64,000 bases of DNA, from positions 9,458 to 73,457 of the forward strand of contig DAOORA010000001.1 in the NCBI GenBank assembly GCA_035389045.1, read 5' to 3'. The notes beneath the pieces are model-generated. The model had not been told where the DNA came from. It saw only the letters and a program-made list of their open reading frames with translations, and did no database searches. Both the position numbers and the translations under genes were made by a program. The stretch is from Bacteroidales bacterium (GTDB lineage: Bacteria > Bacteroidota > Bacteroidia > Bacteroidales > CAIWKO01). Shown here one piece after another: positions 20,403-27,833 of the stretch; the first letter of the stretch is position 1, and each line of letters begins with the position of its first letter.

Positions 20403-21182
20403 TTAAACGCTGTGCGGCTCGACGGAAGCTTTTATCACGCCATATTCTTTTCGCATTTCGGTCATCACATTATGGGTGAGTTCCTGGTAGGTATTGCCAT
20501 ACAGGGGGGTATTGACTTTTACAGGATCCAGAAATTTCACAACAGCGATGCCGTTTTTGAAAAAAAACCATTTCTTTTTCAGGATATTTTCGGAATAATA
20601 GATCACCACCGGCTGAATATCGAGATGAAGTTTTTCTGCGAGATAAAAACCTCCTTTATGAAATCTACCGATCTTCTGATCGCGATAAAGAACTCCCTCA
20701 GGGAAAACGAGCAGGGAACACCCCATATCCACAACAGGTTTCAATTGCTTTGCCAGTTTGCCACGATCTTCATATATGGAATAAAAACCGATATATTTTG
20801 TGATAAAAAACTTAGCCCATACATTATTGTGCCAGTTATTATTCAGCACCCTGACAGCAGGGGTCAGCGACAAGGTAAGCGGCACATCAATAAACGACTG
20901 GTGGTTGCATACAAGCAGAGAAGGATGTGAAAAAAGGTCATTTGATTTATTTACATATCTAACTTTTATGTTAAAATGTGTTTTGAGGATGAAGCGGGCA
21001 TAAAACGTTAGCAGGCGGGTATAAACGGTCTGTGCCGATTTTTTCATATTTGAAAAAGGCAAAGGCACCAACAATGAAAAGAACTGGCTGGTAATCATAA
21101 AAATGAGGAAGGAAATCAGTCCCCGTAATCCTATCCACAGTTGTATGAACGGTTTGATACTCATTTGTACCTTTTTCTGCAA
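20403..21182 (-). CDS. Lysophospholipid/1-acyl-glycerol-3-phosphate acyltransferase (PlsC-like)
   Basis: HX4D motif CNHQSFIDVPL and FPEGVLYRD. Start codon uncertain. Confidence 0.7.
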   Translation of the reverse strand: MQKKVQMSIKPFIQLWIGLRGLISFLIFMITSQFFSLLVPLPFSNMKKSAQTVYTRLLTFYARFILKTHFNIKVRYVNKSNDLFSHPSLLVCNHQSFIDVPLTLSLTPAVRVLNNNWHNNVWAKFFITKYIGFYSIYEDRGKLAKQLKPVVDMGCSLLVFPEGVLYRDQKIGRFHKGGFYLAEKLHLDIQPVVIYYSENILKKKWFFFKNGIAVVKFLDPVKVNTPLYGNTYQELTHNVMTEMRKEYGVIKASVEPHSV

Positions 21183-21307
21183 TCGTTATCTGCTGCAAAA
21201 ATACTCGAATCGGTTCAAGTCTGGGCAGTCTCGTAATTATTTTCGGAAAAATGAAGCGAATTTTTTGAAGTTTCTTTTAAAAAAGTATTACTTTTGCACC
21301 TTCAAAA

Positions 21308-21381
21308 GGCCCCGTAGCTCAACTGAATAGAGTATCTGACTACGGATCAGAAGGTTACAGGTTTGAATCCTGTCGGGGTCA
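21308..21381 (+). tRNA. tRNA-Arg (anticodon ACG)
   Basis: Hand-folded cloverleaf. Acceptor GGCCCCG/CGGGGTC, anticodon stem TCTGA/TCAGA with loop CTACGGA, T-arm ACAGG-TTTGAAT-CCTGT. Confidence 0.85.
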
Positions 21382-21387
21382 CTAAAT

Positions 21388-21411
21388 AGAGGGCAAAACC
21401 CTCTTTTTTTT
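21388..21411 (+). terminator. Rho-independent terminator after tRNA-Arg
   Basis: agaggg-caaaa-ccctct stem-loop followed by a T8 run. Confidence 0.7.
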
Positions 21412-21553
21412 GTATTACGTTTATGTCATACGAAGCGAAAAGTTTGGCAAGAATTATACAGGACTTGCACAAAACCTTGATAAAAGGATTAAGGAGCATA
21501 ATAGTGGTTACACAAAATCAATAAAACCATCTATACAATATAGAAGTCAATAG
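21410..21553 (+). pseudogene. Truncated GIY-YIG nuclease family gene (N-terminal about 47 codons only)
   Basis: Translation YYVYVIRSEKFGKNYTGLAQNLDKRIKEHNSGYTKSIKP matches the GIY-(x)n-YTG...R..EHN core. There is no ATG and the ORF stops before the conserved C-terminal half. No continuation seen in other frames. Confidence 0.6.
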
Positions 21554-21674
21554 TATCAGATTTGGTTTCGCCAGTATGACTTTCACTTTCGGGTGTGCTC
21601 GGCGAAAGCGGTACTACAAGGGGAAATAAGAAAAAATCTTGTTTCCCCTTTTTAATTTTATAACACTTAAATTT

Positions 21675-21953
21675 TTATTTCCCTGCAGTACGAATGTTTT
21701 TATACCCTTTATTACTTCTGTATTTTTTCTCAAGATCATGAGCAATCGCTGATGCGTCCTGATGTGATTTATGGACAGAAATAATTTTCACAAGCAGATC
21801 ATCCTTTTCACAATTCCAATGTTTTAAGGCCTTAGTTTTACCAAGGCAATGGTCGATAATTCTGTAAAGCGGTTCAATGGTTACACCATGATACACTTCT
21901 TTCCTGCTATTATTAATAGCCCTGTAAACATACCATTCCTGCTGTGCTGCCAT
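21675..21953 (-). CDS. Small protein with GIY-YIG-like N-terminal pattern (92 aa)
   Basis: WYVYRAINNSRKEVYHGVTIEPLYRIIDH fits Y-x-Y ... Y-x-G-x-T ... R ... H spacing. Weak call. Confidence 0.4.
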   Translation of the reverse strand: MAAQQEWYVYRAINNSRKEVYHGVTIEPLYRIIDHCLGKTKALKHWNCEKDDLLVKIISVHKSHQDASAIAHDLEKKYRSNKGYKNIRTAGK

Positions 21954-21993
21954 AATTGTTTGAATCTGGTTTTTGGCTGTTGTTAAATCAAAA

Positions 21994-22539
21994 TTACAAT
22001 TTTATTTCCGCAAGGAACTTTTCCAGTTTATTATTGTCAAAGTACTGCCCGCCTTCTGGAGATTTAGTGAAAAAATCATTCCCGTCAATAAAAATAGTTT
22101 TATCAAAACCATTTAATATAGGCTCCATAGCATCAAGCGGAAGATGAAATTTTGAACCTATATAAACAGAAGCACCGGGCAAAGAACTTATCCTGTCCTT
22201 GTAGGCAGATTCAACATACGCCTTTGTTAATGGCCTTAAATCCGGAATGGAAAGTATCTTATATGACATTTTTTTTAGTTCGGGAACCAGTTGGACAAGA
22301 TATTCTATTCCCTGCTGTGAATAAGGAAATGCAAGTAACCATAACTGATGATCAGTTGAATGTTTTTTCAGAAAATTATAAACATGCTTATTACATTCAA
22401 CGGTAACTTCATATTCAATGATTTTTGAAAGTAACGTATCCCTTAATTTGCAATAAGAAGAATTATTTTCCAGGCCATGATGATCATCATCCGGGAATTG
22501 CAGAAGCTTATTATCTATGCACCATAATACTTCCCGCAC
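21994..22539 (-). CDS. Hypothetical protein; possibly the distal part of a gene interrupted by an in-frame TAA (see findings)
   Basis: The listed start is a GTG. The same frame continues upstream through a TAA (22591-22593) to an ATG at 22716. The upstream piece contains LYNGGLDGLFFHN. Confidence 0.45.
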   Translation of the reverse strand: MREVLWCIDNKLLQFPDDDHHGLENNSSYCKLRDTLLSKIIEYEVTVECNKHVYNFLKKHSTDHQLWLLAFPYSQQGIEYLVQLVPELKKMSYKILSIPDLRPLTKAYVESAYKDRISSLPGASVYIGSKFHLPLDAMEPILNGFDKTIFIDGNDFFTKSPEGGQYFDNNKLEKFLAEIKL

Positions 22540-22786
22540 AGGGGAATCAAAAGGGAATTTAATGCCGGAGCTGTCAATCAGCCGGGCTAATTAGTCAATA
22601 ATATACGTTTCATTTTTTTCTTTCAACGTCTCTTCCAAATTATGAAAAAAAAGCCCATCGAGGCCACCATTGTATAGTGTGGCTGTTAATAGCGAAAAAT
22701 CATTAACAAGGTTCATAAAAAATGGTTTGGTTAAAATTAATATATTTTAAGCAGATATGAGGATAGTATTTGTCTTGATTCGATAT

Positions 22787-23005
22787 TTATAATCTTGCGC
22801 TGATTTGATTTATACATTCATCCAGTTTTTCATCATCATGAAAAGGATCAATCTGTGTTGCGCGTATATTATCTGCGATTACCGGATGCAAGAAATACAA
22901 TGCATTGAAAAATGCCTGGCCTTTTCTTTGCGATGGATACAAAACCCATATATTCTCTGCAAGGGGATACACTGTTTTGAGCTGTTTTTGGGTTAATTTC
23001 TTCAT
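22787..23005 (-). CDS. Hypothetical small protein (72 aa)
   Basis: Clean ORF 7 nt downstream of the preceding gene. No motif recognised. Confidence 0.45.
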   Translation of the reverse strand: MKKLTQKQLKTVYPLAENIWVLYPSQRKGQAFFNALYFLHPVIADNIRATQIDPFHDDEKLDECINQISARL

Positions 23006-23012
23006 TTTGGTT

Positions 23013-23726
23013 TTATGAAACTATGGCATTATACATGCCGCTTTCATTACGGGTAATAAGACCGGATGATAACGCATTTTCCGGCGTCCCGCCTTCGACA
23101 AACTTAAAGATGAACCAGTCTTTCGGAATCTGAGGGAATACAAGGGTAAAACACAAGGAATTACCGAAACTTTTCAGGTAATGCCTTTCCGGAGCAAGAG
23201 GAATGTTGAAAGCAGAGATCATTTCAAGGCGTTGGCCGCTGATCAGATCAACCAGGTACGATGGCTTGTATATATTTACCCACCAACCGAATTTATATTT
23301 TGGTGATGCAGTATAGCGGCAGTTTAGTGTGGTGTAATGCATGTCCTCAATGGATGTTTTAATGTTAATTCCCGTTTTTAGCTTGACCTTCCTGTCATCA
23401 TCAGCAGGTTTTGTTTTAATAACTGATGTTCTCTCTGCTTTTTCTTTCAACACAGCTATATATTTCCCGGCATCACTGCTCATAACCTGAACCATGTTTA
23501 ATAACATATATTTGTCTTTGCAACTGACCTTCATTTTTTCCATCACCTCCAGCAGAATGACAAGGTTTTTCCTGATTGCCAGCAAATCATGTTGCAGGGT
23601 TGTTATTTCCGAAACGGATGCAGACCTTATTTCTTTTGGGAGGTCGTTGGTGAAATAATCGTTTATTTCCAGTATATCCAACGCAATTTTGAGAAAATCG
23701 GGATCGTATTTGCTTGTTTTTTTCAT
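23013..23726 (-). CDS. Hypothetical protein (237 aa)
   Basis: Clean ORF preceded by a perfect TAatTTTG -7 box and the shared dyad motif. No enzymatic motif recognised. Confidence 0.5.
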   Translation of the reverse strand: MKKTSKYDPDFLKIALDILEINDYFTNDLPKEIRSASVSEITTLQHDLLAIRKNLVILLEVMEKMKVSCKDKYMLLNMVQVMSSDAGKYIAVLKEKAERTSVIKTKPADDDRKVKLKTGINIKTSIEDMHYTTLNCRYTASPKYKFGWWVNIYKPSYLVDLISGQRLEMISAFNIPLAPERHYLKSFGNSLCFTLVFPQIPKDWFIFKFVEGGTPENALSSGLITRNESGMYNAIVS

Positions 23727-23756
23727 AATCTTATCTTTTTATGAGACAAAATTAGG

Positions 23757-23785
23757 ATAGCAAAACGCAAAGGAAGTGTGGTTTG
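23757..23785 (-). promoter_or_regulatory. Shared dyad motif copy 1 (atagcaaaacgcaa-N-tgtggtttg), adjacent to a TAatTTTG -7 box
   Basis: One of four copies of ATAGCAAAACGCAA(N5-6)TG(C/T)GGTTT in the window. On the coding (minus) strand it reads ...TTGCGTTTTGCTATCCTAATTTTG, about 30 nt before the ATG at 23726. Confidence 0.5.
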
Positions 23786-24340
23786 TAATTAAGTTAAATG
23801 AGTGCAGAGTTGATTAAGTTAAATAAGTGCAGAGTTAAATAGTCAAATGGGGAGGATAGGGAGATCCGATAGCTATCGGATGAGAGATTAGGAGATTGGG
23901 AGATTAGTAGATTAGGTCAATAGGTCATCAGTCAATAGTCATCCGCCGCGGCGGAGTCATTAGGAGATTAGGAGATCCGTTAGCAATCGGTTGGGTAGTT
24001 GAGCGATTTAGTTAATTAAGTGCAGCGTTGATTAAGGGGAGAGGTACAAAAAATCAGCGTAAATCAGCGTAATCAGCGGGAGAAGAAAAGGAGAAAATTG
24101 CCCGCAGATAGCGCAGATTAACGCAGAAATGGAAAGGCATAAGTTGAATCAGAGGTATAATTAGGATTAAATAAGGGATTGGGAGATTGGGAGATTGGGA
24201 GATTAGGAGATTAGGAGATCGGGAGAATGGGAGAATAAGTCATTAGTCATTAGTCATTAGTCATCCGCCGCGGCGGAGTCATTAGTCATTAGGAGATTGG
24301 GAGATCCGATAGCTGTCGAATGGGAGATTAGTAGATTAGG
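23786..24340. repeat. Non-coding tract of short word repeats and perfect palindromes
   Basis: Tandem gggagatt/aggagatt octamers (24181-24236) and agtcatt heptamers. ccgccgcggcgg palindromes at 23943-23954 and 24265-24276. gggagatccgatagct(a/g)tcg(g/a)atg(a/g)gagattag occurs twice. taagttaaat(g/a)agtgcagagtt occurs twice. Confidence 0.85.
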
Positions 24341-24365
24341 AAGAAAAAGTTTTTATTAAATCCCT

Positions 24366-25391
24366 TCATTTTTTCTTTGATTTCTGTTTCACTTCTTTCT
24401 GAATCTTTTTAATGGTGTTGAGATAGGCTTCCTCAACAGGCGAAATCGTTTTTACCTGATATTTACGATACTCGGTCTCTGCTTTTTCTATTGCTTCTTC
24501 ATGGCTTATTTTTCCTGCATTTTGCAAGGTTCCCTTGCCATACATGGATGTAAATTTATCAAGCTCGGTTACCCAGTCGCTCATCGTCATGGCGGTATGC
24601 TCCATGGCTCTCATTTCAGCCAGATCAAAGAAGGCCGACACCATCCTGTTGAGCCTTGCCAGTTCATCTTTTTCCAGGTAATTTTTCGCTATTGAAATAT
24701 CTTTTTTTACCGGTAATGCTCCTGAAAAATTCGTTAACCCCATAAATTCTTTATCAGCATTGGCGCGCCGGTAAATTAGCTCTGCGGCTGTCTGCTCATT
24801 TACAGCATAATGCAGTTTGTTTTGAACGGTTTTGAAAAAAGCCAATGACTTTCTGCTTTGGGGGTCATAGTCTATGCTGGTCGCATATAAATCGAGAACT
24901 TGCCTGTATATAACCTTTTCGCTGCTGCGAATATCACGAATGCGGTCTAATAATTCGTGCCAGTAATTACCACCTCCAAGTTCCTTTAACCGCTCATCAT
25001 CCATAGTAAATCCTTTGATGATGTATTCTCTCAAACGTTGTGTTGCCCATTGCCGGAATTGCGTACCCCGCATTGATTTTACTCTATAACCAACGGAAAT
25101 TATTACATCCAGATTATAATATTTCACAGTAACATTTTGTGTCTTTCCTTCAACAGCGCCATGTTGAGTGGTATGTCGGAAATTCCGACACACCACTTTT
25201 TCGTCCAGTTCGTTTTCTTTAAAAATGTTTAGAATATGCTCTGTAATGGTTGATCTGCCTTTCTCAAAAAGGCTTGCCATTTGTTCCTGTGTTAACCATA
25301 CGGTTTCGTCTTCAATCGTAACGTTTAATTGTATTTTATCATCGTTCGTTTTGAAAAGTATAATTTCGGCAGGAAATTTCTTTTTTGTCAT
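24366..25391 (-). CDS. rhuM: RhuM family virulence-associated protein
   Basis: ETVWLTQEQMASLFEKGRSTITEHILNIFKENELDEKVVCRNFRHT...YYNLDVIISVGYRVKSMRGTQFRQWATQRLREYIIKGF is the characteristic RhuM core. Confidence 0.85.
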   Translation of the reverse strand: MTKKKFPAEIILFKTNDDKIQLNVTIEDETVWLTQEQMASLFEKGRSTITEHILNIFKENELDEKVVCRNFRHTTQHGAVEGKTQNVTVKYYNLDVIISVGYRVKSMRGTQFRQWATQRLREYIIKGFTMDDERLKELGGGNYWHELLDRIRDIRSSEKVIYRQVLDLYATSIDYDPQSRKSLAFFKTVQNKLHYAVNEQTAAELIYRRANADKEFMGLTNFSGALPVKKDISIAKNYLEKDELARLNRMVSAFFDLAEMRAMEHTAMTMSDWVTELDKFTSMYGKGTLQNAGKISHEEAIEKAETEYRKYQVKTISPVEEAYLNTIKKIQKEVKQKSKKK

Positions 25392-25487
25392 ATTGTTATC
25401 CTTTTTCTATTTCTGTTCAGTGCGAAGTTCGGAAACTTTGTACAAATGGTCAGCATTTATTGGGAAATTAAATTAAGAACCCTTATG

Positions 25488-25672
25488 CAAGGTTTTATGG
25501 TTGCTTTTTTTAACACAAAGTTCGACGCGGCGGACACAAAGTACAACACAAAGTCGCACAAAGTATACCTGACCGATGCCAATCGGGCCTGAACGCCTGC
25601 CTGCACTGCCGTTTCGGAATCACTGGCATGGTTTACTCCGGAATGGTGGCATACTTTGTTCCGGAATAGTCA
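25488..25672. repeat. Direct repeat copy A (about 185 bp)
   Basis: Aligns with 26106-26298. The core acctgaccgatgccaatcgggcctga.cgcctgcctgcactgccgtttcggaatcactggcat.gtttactccgga is nearly identical. Confidence 0.85.
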
Positions 25673-25673
25673 A

Positions 25674-25958
25674 TTTTTTGGGAGTCATTACAAAACTGTT
25701 TAACCCTGCTTGTTTTCTAAACCCCTCGAATTAGAGGGGTTTAAAATTAGTGTTGTAAATTAATTTCCAGAATCCAGATAGTTCAATAGTATTTCGGTTT
25801 CTCATCCAGTTTTGAATAATAGAATCCATATGTTCAGCATCTTTATGCCTTGCAATATCAGTTACTGAAATAAACTCAGCTTCGGGTGTTTTAAGAATCG
25901 CTATCTCTGTTCCGACTGCATTAATTTTATTGGTTTTTTCCATCTTTAACTGAAGCAT
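25674..25958 (-). pseudogene. KilA-N domain gene remnant (in-frame TAA plus 3' truncation by repeat copy A)
   Basis: MEKTNKINAVGTEIAILK...ISVTDIARHKD...IQNWMRNRNTIEL..FW...NTNFKPL, then stop, then the same frame continues FEGFRKQAGLNSFVMTPKK. KilA-N-type sequence is lost where repeat A begins. Confidence 0.75.
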
Positions 25959-26105
25959 TGGGTTAATACAATTTGAGAATTAACAATACCTCTGTTTGTT
26001 TTGTCGGATAGAGGTACGTCTTTCGCACCGGGGGAAAGGTCGTAACGGTCGAGTACATTAATAAAGAACTGATAAGAAAATTTCACAACTTTAAGAATTC
26101 TCATA

Positions 26106-26298
26106 CAAGGTTTTGTGGTTACTATTTTTAACACAACGTCACAAAGCGCACTACAAAGTCGCACGAAGTACACCACAAAGTCGCACAAAGTTAACCTGAC
26201 CGATGCCAATCGGGCCTGACCGCCTGCCTGCACTGCCGTTTCGGAATCACTGGCATAGTTTACTCCGGATGGTGGTATAATTTGCTCCGGAATAGTCA
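26106..26298. repeat. Direct repeat copy B (about 193 bp)
   Basis: See copy A. It abuts dyad motif copy 2 at its high-coordinate end. Confidence 0.85.
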
Positions 26299-26300
26299 TT

Positions 26301-26328
26301 ATAGCAAAACGCAATGCATTTGCGGTTT
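26301..26328 (-). promoter_or_regulatory. Shared dyad motif copy 2 (atagcaaaacgcaatgcatttgcggttt)
   Basis: Best palindrome of the four: AAAACGCAA-TGCAT-TTGCGGTTT. Confidence 0.45.
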
Positions 26329-26543
26329 AAAATTATTGGAAATAATTGTAAGGAAAAATTACGAAAAACGGGAATTACAGGAAGAAGCAAATTAACAAAA
26401 CAAAGAAGAAGAACAAGTGAATTGGTAAATGAAACAGAATAAAATATTACAATAGCAGGGTCTATGATTATAAAATAGAAATTATCTGCCAAGGATTATC
26501 AGATTAAAATGGCAGTGAAACAGTCTCTTCCAAATAGATAAAA

Positions 26544-27833
26544 TCATTTTACTTCGACTTGTTTTATTTCAAATTTAAAATTAGGAGAATAACTTTGGGA
26601 GATAGGATTGTATTCATCGGGAACAAACTGGACTTTGGGATAGATTAGCTGTGCTTTCATTTTTTCCTTGTTCTTGGGTTTTCTTATGAGACAATCCCTT
26701 TCAAGTTTTGCAATGTCAGCAAAAAGTATGTCGGTGACATTTTCAAGAATCTTCCATTTTGCATCTACAATTGTTATCAAATCATTTTCAAGAACAATAA
26801 AATCAGGTTCTGAAAAACGAGGATAATTTCCTTTTTTTGTAATGAGTTGGTATTCTTCAGATATTTCTTTTACGTTAAAAACTGCGCCATTTATAGTGTT
26901 AATTTTAAGATGATCATAAACTACCCATTCATATAAGTCAGAAGGATTGAAGAATAAGGCAATCATGTTTGGCAATTTCTGAACCTCGGAAGAATAATCT
27001 TCGCTTTTGTAATGTTCCAAACCAATAATGATTAGCAGTGCTTCAAGCACTTCTTTAAGTTCTTGATTTTTTCTGAAAAGTTTTACAATTTTATTGGTAA
27101 TAATATCCCTATCCCTAAAAATAAAGCCTTGTTTGACTTTGTATTTTTTATGAATACAGTTTAAAATGGAATTTGATTTTTGATGCAACAATTCTGATCC
27201 CGTGGTGAAATTGCAGATTTTATCTTTTTTAAACCGCTGTAATGCTTGTTCTGCAATCAAAGCAATTTTTGAGTAAGATTCGATTTCTTTTTTAATTTGG
27301 AAAACATTAGATTTGTCAATACTCAGTACATTGCGTTTAAGATCAATTCTGTTTTCTATTGACTGAGAAGAATAAGAAATGTGCCTGATTCGGGTTTTAT
27401 TGTGTTTGCGAAAAAACTTATCTAGAATATTTAAAGCATGTTCGTATTTGTAGCGGATAAATTCTTCAATTGTATTACTATTTCTTTCTTTAAAATCATT
27501 AAAAATCAAATCAACAATATTACCATTGATGCTTTTTTTATCAATTTCACTGTACTTATCTGATAACTCATAATACTTTGAAAAGAATTTGAAAAAGTTT
27601 TCTTCCTTTTTATTTTCTTCAATGTCTTTGTGGATTTTGGGGATGATAAAAAACTTTATAAATGATTCATCTGTTTTAAATTGATAATACCCAATATAAT
27701 TGTTGGCTGTTTTTTTTGAAATAAAATACAATTTTTTAATTGCGGAATCGGACAGGGTGATATTTTCCCTTTCCAGAAAATCCAGCACATCTTCATTCTC
27801 ATTAATGTAATATGTAGAAGAAGTTTCAGGCAT
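26544..27833 (-). CDS. McrC-like PD-(D/E)xK nuclease subunit
   Basis: C-terminal motif EPDFIVLENDLITIVDAKWK (PD...D-x-K). Overlaps the upstream McrB-like gene by 8 nt. 429 aa. Confidence 0.65.
   Translation of the reverse strand: MPETSSTYYINENEDVLDFLERENITLSDSAIKKLYFISKKTANNYIGYYQFKTDESFIKFFIIPKIHKDIEENKKEENFFKFFSKYYELSDKYSEIDKKSINGNIVDLIFNDFKERNSNTIEEFIRYKYEHALNILDKFFRKHNKTRIRHISYSSQSIENRIDLKRNVLSIDKSNVFQIKKEIESYSKIALIAEQALQRFKKDKICNFTTGSELLHQKSNSILNCIHKKYKVKQGFIFRDRDIITNKIVKLFRKNQELKEVLEALLIIIGLEHYKSEDYSSEVQKLPNMIALFFNPSDLYEWVVYDHLKINTINGAVFNVKEISEEYQLITKKGNYPRFSEPDFIVLENDLITIVDAKWKILENVTDILFADIAKLERDCLIRKPKNKEKMKAQLIYPKVQFVPDEYNPISQSYSPNFKFEIKQVEVK

Noticed and set aside
23786-24340. CRISPR array
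   Set aside because: The repeat units are 7-8 nt in direct tandem, or palindromes without unique spacers of regular length. No cas genes are in the window.
25946-26492. ORFs 25946-26314 (122 aa) and 26247-26492 (81 aa)
   Set aside because: They run through direct repeat copy B and the dyad motif, and have no start context or recognisable domains.
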